Shown: piece by piece, positions 17,539-26,135 of the stretch
Numbering within the stretch: position 1 is the stretch's first letter
How the letters are laid out: each line of letters starts with the position of its first letter
Sequence record: PP706156.1
DNA length: 51,689 bases
Origin: Klebsiella phage LAPAZ
Strand: one strand, 5' to 3'
Made by a program: the position numbers and the translations under genes
Notes under the pieces: generated by a model
What the model was told of the DNA's origin: nothing
Database searches by the model: none
What the model saw: only the letters and a program-made list of their open reading frames with translations

Positions 17539-17864
17539 GAATCTTTACCCGTAGTAAGTGGGCCGTGGTTGAGGCTGCGGCGGAGCACAAAGAGCGCAAT
17601 CGTGTGGGGCGCGTTACCTGTCGTGCTACTCAACGTTGGCATGACTACCAGTCCGTCAAAGCGATGGTCGGTCAGTGCCTGGAGTTCGGGGAGTCTGGCG
17701 AGTTCACTATGAACATTTGGCACGAAAGCGCGTCGCATTATCCCCAGCGCGGGATATGGCGATACGGCCATACGGAGTACGAAACCACTCGCGCAACCGT
17801 CACATTTGGCGATCACATCCAGGCCGTGATTTACGGTGATGAAGTTCGGTTCCGCCTGGTGTAA
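17535..17864 (+). CDS. Hypothetical protein (109 aa)
   Basis: ATGA overlap with the upstream gene. Its TAA stop lies next to the promoter box. Confidence 0.45.
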   Translation: MRIFTRSKWAVVEAAAEHKERNRVGRVTCRATQRWHDYQSVKAMVGQCLEFGESGEFTMNIWHESASHYPQRGIWRYGHTEYETTRATVTFGDHIQAVIYGDEVRFRLV

Positions 17865-17908
17865 ATAGCACTTTTTGTTAAAAGCCCAGCGTGGGCTTTT
17901 GCTATTAT
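17865..17908 (+). promoter_or_regulatory. Conserved promoter cassette (box AATAGCACTTTTTGTTAAAA, hairpin GCCCAGCGTGGGC + TTTT, -10 TATTAT). The hairpin doubles as a terminator.
   Basis: Member of the repeat family. Confidence 0.5.
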
Positions 17909-17947
17909 CTCTTCATCGAAACGAAGCAGACAAAAGAGGCAAACATC

Positions 17948-18211
17948 ATGAGCAACGTACATATCCTGACCAAAGAAACTTCCAAAATCATGAGCCTGAT
18001 TTACAAAGCGCAGAAATGCCGCCGTGATAGCAAGTCTTCTAACATTGCAGGTGTACGCGCTTACGGTGAATACCTCGGAGTCATGGCTTGCGATATCAAC
18101 CTGATCTGTGATGCCATCATGGAAAGCAAAAAAGCTGACCTGTTCGATATGCTCGAAGAACTGGCTATTTGGTTCCGCAAAATGGATAAAATTGCTCAGG
18201 GCATCAAATAA
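17948..18211 (+). CDS. Hypothetical protein (87 aa)
   Basis: SD AAGAGG. Downstream of the cassette at 17865..17908. Confidence 0.45.
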   Translation: MSNVHILTKETSKIMSLIYKAQKCRRDSKSSNIAGVRAYGEYLGVMACDINLICDAIMESKKADLFDMLEELAIWFRKMDKIAQGIK

Positions 18212-18252
18212 GCACAAATTGCTAAACGCCGGGCCGCGAGGCCTGGTATCAT
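18207..18252 (+). promoter_or_regulatory. Conserved promoter cassette (box AATAAGCACAAATTGCTAAAC, -10 TATCAT)
   Basis: Member of the repeat family. Confidence 0.5.
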
Positions 18253-18283
18253 TACCACATCGAAACCAATCAGGAGAGCAATC

Positions 18284-18478
18284 ATGAAAGCATTTGGCGA
18301 CGTCGTAATCGGGGACAAAATTCAATATGGCGCAAGCGACCTGTTCCGCACTGTCACCGATATCGAGAAAGGGCGAGGCGTTAACGGGCAGACCGTTTTC
18401 ATCGTGCTCGACGGCGTGGCGCGCTTCGCGGTTGATGCTCGCGATTGGGTCTTCTGCATTGAGAAGGGGAGCGCATGA
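18284..18478 (+). CDS. Hypothetical protein (64 aa)
   Basis: SD CAGGAG. Downstream of the cassette at 18207..18252. Confidence 0.45.
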   Translation: MKAFGDVVIGDKIQYGASDLFRTVTDIEKGRGVNGQTVFIVLDGVARFAVDARDWVFCIEKGSA

Positions 18479-18714
18479 GAAAGCGGAGGGCCGGGGAGGT
18501 GGTTTGCACCTGCGAGGCTTACCCCTTCCCTCATCGGATGTTCGGCGGTTCATGCAACGGGATCGCCATCGTGATAGCCAATGTTGGCGGATCTGATTGC
18601 CAGCATTGCCAGTTACTGAACAACGGGCGCTGTGAGGTTCTCGCCGGGATCGAAAACCCGGTCGAGTGCCACTATGTTGCCGACTTCATCCACCGAAACG
18701 AGGTTAAAATCTAA
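18475..18714 (+). CDS. Cys-rich small protein, putative zinc-binding (79 aa)
   Basis: CxC…C…CxxC…C pattern. ATGA overlap with the upstream gene. Confidence 0.4.
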   Translation: MRKRRAGEVVCTCEAYPFPHRMFGGSCNGIAIVIANVGGSDCQHCQLLNNGRCEVLAGIENPVECHYVADFIHRNEVKI

Positions 18715-19092
18715 ATGAGAACAGTTACCATTTCGAACAGCTTTACCTACATGGTCGGCGCGCCGGATGTTGATATCCAGATCTCGCGTGAGATCGCCGC
18801 CCGTGACGTGACGGAAAAGTTTAAGGCGGCGGCAACTGCTGCAATCATCCACTATTACGGGCGTCACCCTGAAGACTTCAAAGCCGACGACACGCCGTTT
18901 GTCGTCAATACGGTTCCCGAAAGCAAGGCGTGGCAAATCAACGACAAGCAGACGGGGTATTTCATCTTCGGTGCAACACCTTGCAGGGTCGACAGCAACG
19001 ATATCGAGGTTCAGAGCCTGGAGGATGCCGCGCCGCGTGTTCAGCGCACAATCTACATCTGCCAGGATTACACGACCTGCGTTCCCGAATAG
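18715..19092 (+). CDS. Hypothetical protein (125 aa)
   Basis: SD GAGG. Its TAG stop lies inside the promoter box. Confidence 0.45.
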   Translation: MRTVTISNSFTYMVGAPDVDIQISREIAARDVTEKFKAAATAAIIHYYGRHPEDFKADDTPFVVNTVPESKAWQINDKQTGYFIFGATPCRVDSNDIEVQSLEDAAPRVQRTIYICQDYTTCVPE

Positions 19093-19132
19093 CACGAATT
19101 GCTAAAACAGAATTTGGGGATGGTGGCATACT
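19088..19132 (+). promoter_or_regulatory. Conserved promoter cassette (box AATAGCACGAATTGCTAAAA, hairpin GGGGAT…ATCCCC, -10 CATACT)
   Basis: Member of the repeat family. Confidence 0.5.
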
Positions 19133-19164
19133 ATCCCCACGCCAACAAACGAAGGAGTTACACA

Positions 19165-19392
19165 ATGAACCATCCGAAGACTGATTCCATTCTCGCCGTA
19201 CTGAACGCACATGGCCGCGTTGTTCTCCGCATGAACCGCGAATCCGGCTTTACTCAGATCACGATCACCAAATCGAATGGTCGCTATGTTGTCGGCACGG
19301 TTCCGGGCGCTCGCCTGATTCCGTCCTCCCTGGCTGGCGTCACGCTGACGCTGGAATCGAACAGCATGTTCATTGAATCGTGGAGAAGCTAA
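19165..19392 (+). CDS. Hypothetical protein (75 aa)
   Basis: SD AAGGAG. Downstream of the cassette at 19088..19132. Confidence 0.45.
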   Translation: MNHPKTDSILAVLNAHGRVVLRMNRESGFTQITITKSNGRYVVGTVPGARLIPSSLAGVTLTLESNSMFIESWRS

Positions 19393-19733
19393 TGAAAGAA
19401 GGCGATCGCGCATACCTGGAAGTCAACGGCGAAATGCATCATTGCACCGTGCTTCTGAAAAGCAAGGGCGTCTACATGTTCGTTAATGAGTTCGGCGAGG
19501 AGGTCGCGACAGTGCAACTTTTCTGGTCGACGAAGAATCCCGGCGATAGCTCCCTGACTGGTCGAACGGATCACATCGTGGCGAAGGAAAGCATGAAGTG
19601 CTGCGAGGCTCCAGGATGCGGGGCTGTCTATAAGGTCAAGGCGGCGGATCTTAAACGTGGCTGGGGTAAAACCTGTTCGAAGTCATGCGCCGCCAGTTTG
19701 CGAGAATTTAACCGGAGGAAAAGCAATGGCTGA
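19392..19733 (+). CDS. Hypothetical protein with C-terminal Cys cluster (113 aa)
   Basis: SD GGAG. C-terminal KCCEAPGC…CSKSC motif. Confidence 0.45.
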   Translation: MKEGDRAYLEVNGEMHHCTVLLKSKGVYMFVNEFGEEVATVQLFWSTKNPGDSSLTGRTDHIVAKESMKCCEAPGCGAVYKVKAADLKRGWGKTCSKSCAASLREFNRRKSNG

Positions 19734-19965
19734 TAATTACGACGATGCCTACTGGCACCGTTTCTTAACCGCCCAGGATGCGGGGCTTAACCGCGAATAT
19801 TGCATCAAAGTAGCCAATCAGGAAATGACGCTATCGGATGCCCTGGGAGGTATGGATATGGATGCCGAAAGTCTGCCGATGCGTGACGATCTGGCAGAGC
19901 AAGAAGAAAATAGTTGCGGCTGCACTGGTGAAGAAGGTTGCCGCGAATGTATCCCTTTCTGGTGA
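19726..19965 (+). CDS. Hypothetical acidic protein with C-terminal CGC…C..C motif (79 aa)
   Basis: ATG at 19726 with SD GGAGG. Confidence 0.45.
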   Translation: MADNYDDAYWHRFLTAQDAGLNREYCIKVANQEMTLSDALGGMDMDAESLPMRDDLAEQEENSCGCTGEEGCRECIPFW

Positions 19966-19972
19966 GGTGACA

Positions 19973-20665
19973 ATGAAAAAGCGCGTTGTGTGGTGCATGT
20001 TTGACGGTTCCGGGATTATGGGTCTGCCGTGGGCAATTCGCGGTTGCGATGTATATTGCTTTAACGCCGATTCCGGCGACCACGGCGAGTACAAAATCCG
20101 CATGGAGCATGCAAAAATCCAGTATGTCAACATCTGGATTGACAAAGATTTCGACGTGAAGCGCACGATCCTGGGCATCCCGGATCCTGACATTATTTTC
20201 GCTTTCCCGTCCTGCACGCTGTTAGCGCATAGCGGGGTGAAGCACGCCCGGCAGACTCAGGATGTTCTATCAGCCGCCGATGATGCGAAGATGATCGAGC
20301 AATTGGGCGACCAATATAATTGCCCCTGGATGGTAGAAAACCCGGTTGGCAAATTGTCGACGCTTTGGCGCAAGCCGGATTTTTATTTCCACCCTCGCGA
20401 CTTCGGCGGGTATGTTGCGCCGCATGAGGAAGTTTGGCACCCAAAAATGCCGCACTGCGACAATTACACGAAGAAAACGTGCATCTGGCACGGTAACGGA
20501 TTCGTGGAGCCGAAACGTTTATTACCGCCTGAAGGTGTGGAAGGCGTCGATTTCTTTTGGGCGTGGAAATTCCTGGGAGGAAAGTCTGAAAGAACAAAGA
20601 TGCTTCGCTCTATCACTCCGCGCGGATTCGCTCGCGCCGTGTTCCAGGCGAATTTTAATGAATAG
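19973..20665 (+). CDS. Putative DNA (cytosine-5)-methyltransferase-like protein, compact (230 aa)
   Basis: Motif I-like FDGSG. Motif IV-like FPSC (canonical is PCQ). ENV-like WMVENPVGK. SD GGTGAGGTG. Its TAG stop lies in the promoter box. Confidence 0.45.
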   Translation: MKKRVVWCMFDGSGIMGLPWAIRGCDVYCFNADSGDHGEYKIRMEHAKIQYVNIWIDKDFDVKRTILGIPDPDIIFAFPSCTLLAHSGVKHARQTQDVLSAADDAKMIEQLGDQYNCPWMVENPVGKLSTLWRKPDFYFHPRDFGGYVAPHEEVWHPKMPHCDNYTKKTCIWHGNGFVEPKRLLPPEGVEGVDFFWAWKFLGGKSERTKMLRSITPRGFARAVFQANFNE

Positions 20666-20705
20666 CACGAATTGCTAAACGTACCCGCTTAATTGCGGGT
20701 ATAGT
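20661..20705 (+). promoter_or_regulatory. Conserved promoter cassette (box AATAGCACGAATTGCTAAAC, hairpin TACCCGC…GCGGGTA, -10 TATAGT)
   Basis: Member of the repeat family. Confidence 0.5.
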
Positions 20706-20737
20706 TATTCCATCGAAACGCAACGGAGAAAACCAGA

Positions 20738-20947
20738 ATGAAATTCACGATCGCAGTAATGACCGCACTATTTTCTATGCATGGGCCTGGTGCTCTTATC
20801 TTTTCAATCATGGTGTTAGCGGTTGTCGGCATTGTTGACGTCATGCACCACAAAACGATGATTAATATCAGAGTGAATCGCCTAATTAGCGATATCGAAG
20901 GCGCTTGCAAAAACACTAAATTTACGGTGGTGAAATATGATATATAA
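20738..20947 (+). CDS. Small two-pass membrane protein (69 aa)
   Basis: Two hydrophobic segments. SD ACGGAG. Downstream of the cassette at 20661..20705. Confidence 0.45.
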   Translation: MKFTIAVMTALFSMHGPGALIFSIMVLAVVGIVDVMHHKTMINIRVNRLISDIEGACKNTKFTVVKYDI

Positions 20948-21119
20948 AAAACTGGCTGACGTATGCCGCGAAGTTCTGAAGATGAATAACGGCGGCGCAA
21001 CGATGGCGGAGATGCAAAATAAGATCGAATCGCATGTTGGCTTTAAATTGAGTTGCAGAAACAAATCCGACTTTCTGGAACTGGTAAACATCTATATCGA
21101 AATTGGAGATGAGAAATAA
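20937..21119 (+). CDS. Hypothetical protein (60 aa)
   Basis: Start overlaps the upstream stop. Confidence 0.4.
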   Translation: MIYKKLADVCREVLKMNNGGATMAEMQNKIESHVGFKLSCRNKSDFLELVNIYIEIGDEK

Positions 21120-21120
21120 A

Positions 21121-21558
21121 ATGGCAAAGTCAATCAAAATTAAATGCACGTCAAGCCGTGCTGTTAATATCCAGGAAAACAACCTTTATTCCGCTCGCAT
21201 TGACGACGAAGGCAACGTGTCAATGATGGTATATAACAGCGCCGAACTGAAGAAGAAGCGCGTTTACTTGTCGGTCGGAATTAGCGGTGAGTTGTTCATT
21301 TCTGGCGTTGGCGGCGTGGTGGTGGCGACGTTTATCGAACTGAAAACGAAAACCCTGAAATGCGTTGGCCTCGACCACAAAAACCCGGTGAAAAAATCCT
21401 TCACCGTCGGCAAGCGTTACCAGGTGGAAAGTGGTCGAGCGCTGGGCGGCGTCGCCGGGTACATCTTCGACCGTGACGGTTGCCGCTGGACGCTCTACCG
21501 TGAGGAAGTCGGTTTCAGCGTGTCGGACGGCACCACGTTTGAGGCGAAATACCTGTAA
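21121..21558 (+). CDS. Hypothetical protein (145 aa)
   Basis: ATG at 21121. Confidence 0.45.
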   Translation: MAKSIKIKCTSSRAVNIQENNLYSARIDDEGNVSMMVYNSAELKKKRVYLSVGISGELFISGVGGVVVATFIELKTKTLKCVGLDHKNPVKKSFTVGKRYQVESGRALGGVAGYIFDRDGCRWTLYREEVGFSVSDGTTFEAKYL

Positions 21559-21682
21559 CGGATTCGGGGCCATGCGCCCCGATAACCTAAGCACATTTTG
21601 CAAGTGCGTTTAGATTATCACTGGATCTCGGATTTAAGACGGCTTATCATTAGCCGCACGATTAACCAATCAGGAGCAAGGC

Positions 21683-23251
21683 ATGTTTTTAAATGACCGC
21701 GTGTCCCCACAAGATATTATTGCCATCGCAGAGAAGGAAGGCATCAGCCCCTTGCGCGTCGCCATCCGTGCGAACGGGTATCGCGACTCCGTTTCTTTCT
21801 GGCCCAAGCCGAAAGATATCGACGTAAACGCGGACAAGTATCCCACGATCTCGATCGCGAATGATTACGATATCGTCGGCAAGCTGGCGCTCAATGCTGC
21901 TCGCTCCGTTCAATTCCCGGAATCATCGGCTTATATGCATTTCCTCGGAACCGTGTCCGCCGCGATGATGGGTCGCTTTTGGGTGGAGTACCACGGCAGC
22001 GAGCAACCAACGACGCTTTACGTCATTACGTCGCAGCCGCCTTCCGCTGGTAAGTCTGCGATTAACTCGCTGGCTATCGATCCGATCGTCGCAGAGGTTG
22101 AGCGAATCAACGAGGCGCGCAAGAAAGAGCGCAAGAAAATCATGGCGAAGTTGTCCGCCAACAAGCAGGCCATGAAAGGAGAGTTATCGCAGTCCGATAT
22201 GGCGAAACTATTCGAAGACAAAGACGAACTTGAGGAGAAGTTAGAAAGCATGTGCGATCTGACGTTCCCCGTTTCCGATACCACGCCGGAAGGCCTGGCG
22301 AAAATCAACAATCGGCAAGGCAATTTTGCGGTTATCTCGGACGAAGCGACAGCGGTTAACAGCCTGTTAGGGATCACGTATGGCAACGACGGCGGCAAGA
22401 AGACGAACAGCGAACTGGTGTTGAAGGCGTGGGATAAGGGCCACGTATCGATCGCACGTTCCGACGTCAGTAACAATATGTCATTCGTCGCGCTGGGCTG
22501 TATTTGCGTAATTGCCCAGGATGAAACCATCGACGCCATCATGCAAGCTGGTTCTCGCGGTATCGGTGTATCAGAGCGTTTCCTTTTGGTTCGCGAGCAA
22601 ACGCGGTTAGGTGAGCGTGTGTTCATTGACGAAAACGGGAATTCGACCTATGAGCCGATCGACAAGTCTTTACGCGCTGATTACTTCCGCCTCATTCATG
22701 ACATTATGACGGAATCGTATATCAAGCTGGAAGTGACTGAAGCAGGCATGCGTCGGCTGAACAAGGCACGCCAGGAGTTAGAGCCGGAATTAGGCGACGG
22801 CGGGAAGTATTCGCATACGATGCTGCGCGGTGCGATGGGTAAATTCGATAAGCAGGTGATGCGCCTGGCGTCGGTAATCCACACGATCCGCAACTGGCAA
22901 CCTGGCGGCAAGCGCTCGAAGAAGATCGGAACCGAAACGATCGACGAAGCCATCATCATGTTTCATGAGTTGAGCAAAACGTATTTGTCGTCGGCTGATT
23001 CGTCCGGCTTCGCTGGTGAGGGCGCGGAGATTAAGGCGGTGTACGATGTTATCGCCAGCCGTGGCAAGCAGGCGAAAGGCGTGATGACGGTTCAGAGCAT
23101 CTATAACGCGTGCCGCAATCTGAAGATCTTCAAAGGTCAGTCCGGGGTGAGCAAAAGGATTAAGGAAAAATTGCTGCCGAAGATGGAGGAATTAGGGTTC
23201 ATCTGCGTGATTGATTCAGAGGTCTTTATTAACCCTTCGTTCATGAGGTAA
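21683..23251 (+). CDS. DUF3987-family P-loop ATPase (primase/helicase-associated), 522 aa
   Basis: Walker A embedded in YVITSQPPSAGKSAIN, which is the characteristic DUF3987 context. SD CAGGAG. Confidence 0.5.
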   Translation: MFLNDRVSPQDIIAIAEKEGISPLRVAIRANGYRDSVSFWPKPKDIDVNADKYPTISIANDYDIVGKLALNAARSVQFPESSAYMHFLGTVSAAMMGRFWVEYHGSEQPTTLYVITSQPPSAGKSAINSLAIDPIVAEVERINEARKKERKKIMAKLSANKQAMKGELSQSDMAKLFEDKDELEEKLESMCDLTFPVSDTTPEGLAKINNRQGNFAVISDEATAVNSLLGITYGNDGGKKTNSELVLKAWDKGHVSIARSDVSNNMSFVALGCICVIAQDETIDAIMQAGSRGIGVSERFLLVREQTRLGERVFIDENGNSTYEPIDKSLRADYFRLIHDIMTESYIKLEVTEAGMRRLNKARQELEPELGDGGKYSHTMLRGAMGKFDKQVMRLASVIHTIRNWQPGGKRSKKIGTETIDEAIIMFHELSKTYLSSADSSGFAGEGAEIKAVYDVIASRGKQAKGVMTVQSIYNACRNLKIFKGQSGVSKRIKEKLLPKMEELGFICVIDSEVFINPSFMR

Positions 23252-23254
23252 TGA

Positions 23255-23716
23255 ATGTTTATCCTTGACATTTACCGATTCTGCGAGTCTCGCCGGGAAT
23301 TCACCCGGCAAGATTTTGCGAAGTTCGTTTACATGCACCGCGAATCGCCACGCATGGCAAAAGCCGCCAACGTGTCACACCGTATGTTCGCCTCAATGGT
23401 TTCTAAGGAGTTTTTAGCGCGAAGCTATACGAATGGATACCTGGACGGAAAAAACGGCGTGGTGTGGTGTACTGGCCCGGATAACAGGGAGATTGGATTT
23501 AACTTCCGGTCGTTTGAAGGGATGGACAACAAATACATGTGGGAGATGATGCACATTGAGCAACTCGACGATGAAGCCCTATTCGGGAAAGCAGGTGGAA
23601 GATCTGATAACGGAGGTTCACAGGATTGTTTGCGTGAATCAGATCACACCAGAAAATTACTTGCGTGCCGCGCTCACCTTGCTATATCAAGGCATGGCCG
23701 CGACAAACACGGTTGA
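23255..23716 (+). CDS. Hypothetical protein (153 aa). The C-terminal third may be out of frame; see finding.
   Basis: SD GAGG. The C-terminus is low-complexity and overlaps a more protein-like +1 frame. Confidence 0.4.
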   Translation: MFILDIYRFCESRREFTRQDFAKFVYMHRESPRMAKAANVSHRMFASMVSKEFLARSYTNGYLDGKNGVVWCTGPDNREIGFNFRSFEGMDNKYMWEMMHIEQLDDEALFGKAGGRSDNGGSQDCLRESDHTRKLLACRAHLAISRHGRDKHG

Positions 23717-23774
23717 ACATGGGTTGAATGATGAAGATGGCGTGGCACTGCTGCACGTCAAACGGTACATATGA
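23571..23774 (+). CDS. Hypothetical protein (67 aa), in the +1 frame relative to the previous ORF
   Basis: Protein-like composition. Weak SD. Ends at a bidirectional terminator. Confidence 0.35.
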   Translation: MKPYSGKQVEDLITEVHRIVCVNQITPENYLRAALTLLYQGMAATNTVEHGLNDEDGVALLHVKRYI

Positions 23775-23806
23775 AAAAAGGGGCTTACGCCCCTTTATTT
23801 TTTCGC
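23772..23806. terminator. Bidirectional terminator between convergent early-right and lysis operons
   Basis: AAAAAAGGGGCTTACGCCCCTTTATTTTTT. The spanin stop codon lies in the loop. Confidence 0.75.
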
Positions 23807-24210
23807 TCCCGCCACATGCCGAAAACACCGACCGCGAACATGATGGCCCCAACGGCACCAATCAGCCACGGAATCATGCTTCCGCTATCGTCGTTTCGGA
23901 TCTCGATCTTCTCCGCCGTAATCTGGTTCGCGTGAATGCTGGAGGTAGTCACCGCCTTTTTGTTGGAAGTGTCAACCTTGCCAACTGCCGATTCTTTGAA
24001 GGTCGTTTCCTGCTTGCTGGACGTGTCTGTTTTGTTCGTCACGCCAACCGCCTGTTTCACGTTCTCCGCACCGACTTGCGCCGTCATATCCGGCTTGCTG
24101 CCCACCAGATCGGAAAGGATCGGGACGCTGGAAGCGCAACCGGAAACCAGTGCAACCGCCCACACGATGAAGCCGATTGCCAATGCTCGCTGAAAATTTA
24201 AGCTACTCAT
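23785..24210 (-). CDS. Unimolecular spanin (u-spanin): N-terminal lipoprotein signal, C-terminal transmembrane segment
   Basis: Lipobox LVSGC after a signal peptide. C-terminal hydrophobic WLIGAVGAIMFAVGVFGMW followed by basic residues. Located downstream of the endolysin, the arrangement described for T1 gp11. Confidence 0.75.
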   Translation of the reverse strand: MSSLNFQRALAIGFIVWAVALVSGCASSVPILSDLVGSKPDMTAQVGAENVKQAVGVTNKTDTSSKQETTFKESAVGKVDTSNKKAVTTSSIHANQITAEKIEIRNDDSGSMIPWLIGAVGAIMFAVGVFGMWRERKNKGA

Positions 24211-24689
24211 TTTAGATCCTTAATGCACAGATTGAATTCCTGATCCCGGCGATTATGCAGGCCGCGCGATTTTTCCATCTTGCCCGTTTTCGGGTTGCGA
24301 TAGTACGTCCAGCGGTAAAGCTGTTCGCACGCCTCATATAGCCGCCCCTGGTTCGTCAACTTCAGCATAGTGCTGCCGGAGTATGCGCCGCCGCCAGCGT
24401 TGAAAGTGAAGCTGTACATCGACGCCCTGAAGGTGTCCGGCACGGCCACTTTGATTTTGCTGTCAACCACACGCTTTGCGACCTGGATATGCTTCGCCAA
24501 AAGAGCATCGCATTCTGACCGGGTATAGGTTTTCCCCTTGATTACGTCCGGCCCCGTGATGCCTTCGCATACCGTCGAAACGCCAGCGATATCGGTATAA
24601 ACTTTGTATTTCGTGTCCTCCACTTTTGGGAGGAAGGCGACAGCGATCGCCATCGCCGCCGCGAATGTAACCCGCGTTTTAATCCCCAT
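24207..24689 (-). CDS. Endolysin, GH24 lysozyme with an N-terminal SAR (signal-anchor-release) domain
   Basis: Gly/Ala-rich weakly hydrophobic N-terminus VTFAAAMAIAVAFL. Catalytic E…D…T spacing of T4/lambda-like lysozymes. Confidence 0.7.
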   Translation of the reverse strand: MGIKTRVTFAAAMAIAVAFLPKVEDTKYKVYTDIAGVSTVCEGITGPDVIKGKTYTRSECDALLAKHIQVAKRVVDSKIKVAVPDTFRASMYSFTFNAGGGAYSGSTMLKLTNQGRLYEACEQLYRWTYYRNPKTGKMEKSRGLHNRRDQEFNLCIKDLK

Positions 24690-24690
24690 G

Positions 24691-24915
24691 TTATTTACTC
24701 CTGATCTTCACCGCCGTTTTGATATCCCCGGCTTCCAGCGCTTCACGAAGCGCCTTTGAATCTCGCCAGCGCAACCACGCGCCGAAGGAGCCGAATAGAA
24801 TCATGAAAAATAAACCAATGGCCGCAATGATAAGTTGCCCGGTCGCAGAGCCTGCGAGGGTAACACCGCCGCTACCATTGGTTGCCGCGTTGATGAATTC
24901 CCGCATGATATGCAA
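24691..24915 (-). CDS. Holin (two transmembrane segments, pinholin-like), 74 aa
   Basis: Two hydrophobic segments plus a charged C-terminus. Immediately upstream of the SAR endolysin. Has its own promoter-like TTGGCC-17-CATTAT and a terminator upstream. Confidence 0.6.
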   Translation of the reverse strand: MHIMREFINAATNGSGGVTLAGSATGQLIIAAIGLFFMILFGSFGAWLRWRDSKALREALEAGDIKTAVKIRSK

Positions 24916-24967
24916 CCTCTGTTAGTTAAGTGATAATGCGATGATATATGCGTTGGGCCAAATAAAG

Positions 24968-25000
24968 AACAAAAAAAAGGGAACCTGTTAAGGCTCCCAA
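24968..25000 (-). terminator. Terminator after the kinase gene, before the lysis cassette
   Basis: GGGAGCCTTAACAGGTTCCC followed by T8 on the minus strand. Confidence 0.6.
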
Positions 25001-25040
25001 AGTTTAAGGCGGTGATAATAAAGGCATTACGTAGAGAATA

Positions 25041-25613
25041 TTAATACCCTTCAAAAACCATATCAAGGATTTTTTGCGCGTCGTCTTCCGGTTCGCCAGT
25101 CGTCATATCAAAATCGAATTCGTGATAAGTTTCGCAAATCAGATCCGGGCGGCTAATATGCTTGCGGCTATCACCCTCGAAAGTCATGCCGTCACGATGC
25201 AGGCGGACGACAAAGACGTTTACGCTATCGTGCGCCGCGATGTGCTCTACTTCTTCGTCAAATCCGCCGTCGCTGACGACGCAACTAACAGGCGAATTCA
25301 CGACGGAATCGCAAAGCAACTTGCCGAACTGCTTTTTGCCTAACGTCGGCTTTACGAAATTTTCGCTAATGTGAATCAGGAATTCACGCGGCGAGCGGTC
25401 GCCTAAAAAATCGCACTTGACTTCTTTCCGGCTGCGGTCGTGGTAACGGACGGCGAAGCGGGCAAAGTCGGTTGCACCCAGGATGGCGCGCGCAATGTCA
25501 AACATCGGTGACTTGAAACTCAGGATCCGATACTCCCATTTGCGGGCGATGATTTCCGCGATGGTGTCTTTTCCGATGACCGGCGCGCCGTTGAGGATGA
25601 TTACATTTTTCAT
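25041..25613 (-). CDS. P-loop polynucleotide 5'-kinase domain protein (Pnk kinase half), 190 aa
   Basis: Walker A GAPVIGKDT at the N-terminus. ATGA overlap with the phosphatase ORF. Confidence 0.6.
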   Translation of the reverse strand: MKNVIILNGAPVIGKDTIAEIIARKWEYRILSFKSPMFDIARAILGATDFARFAVRYHDRSRKEVKCDFLGDRSPREFLIHISENFVKPTLGKKQFGKLLCDSVVNSPVSCVVSDGGFDEEVEHIAAHDSVNVFVVRLHRDGMTFEGDSRKHISRPDLICETYHEFDFDMTTGEPEDDAQKILDMVFEGY

Positions 25614-26098
25614 TTGTCTACTCCATGAGATTTCAGATGGTCGTGAAGGTTTTCGCCGTAGTCGCAGACCTGGTAAGTTGTGATACCCAGGCTACGGAAG
25701 TGCGCAATAACGTTGGGGGAATCATCCCATGCCGCAACAATGCGATCAAGTCCGATTTTGCGTAACTCCTCCTCCTTGATTACCGTGTCTTTACGGTTAT
25801 CGCTGGCGCGGCGCATGATTAGACTGTCATATTTCACCCCGTAACGGTCAAGCCAAATCATCGTGTCGGTTTTAACCTCATCGGATCGCCCGGTCAGGAT
25901 GATAACGGTCATTCCGGATCGATAAAGCGCATTCGCCACATCAATAGTGCTTTGGATTGGGCTGTCGCCAATGGCCGCACCATTAAATTCGCTCCAGCTT
26001 TCTGTAAGGTGGAGATCTTTTTTCGGCAGCAGGTGCAAGCGGTGGGTTCCGTCGGTAAGCGTGCCATCGAGATCGAAAATGCAGATATTTCTATTCAT
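25610..26098 (-). CDS. HAD-family 3'-phosphatase (Pnk phosphatase half), 162 aa
   Basis: DxDGT motif (FDLDGTLTDG). SD AAGGAA. Confidence 0.6.
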   Translation of the reverse strand: MNRNICIFDLDGTLTDGTHRLHLLPKKDLHLTESWSEFNGAAIGDSPIQSTIDVANALYRSGMTVIILTGRSDEVKTDTMIWLDRYGVKYDSLIMRRASDNRKDTVIKEEELRKIGLDRIVAAWDDSPNVIAHFRSLGITTYQVCDYGENLHDHLKSHGVDK

Positions 26099-26135
26099 CG
26101 GTTTTCCTTATTGGCCCCTCGCGGGGCCGTTGTGG

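Noticed and set aside
17831-18553. 240-aa minus-strand ORF, plus other long antisense ORFs (14554..15090 +, 22018..22626 -, 9462..9953 +, 40676..41119 +)
   Set aside because: They lie antisense to densely packed, SD-preceded genes. They lack ribosome-binding sites and have low-complexity Arg/Ser/Ala-rich translations typical of antisense frames of GC-rich coding DNA.
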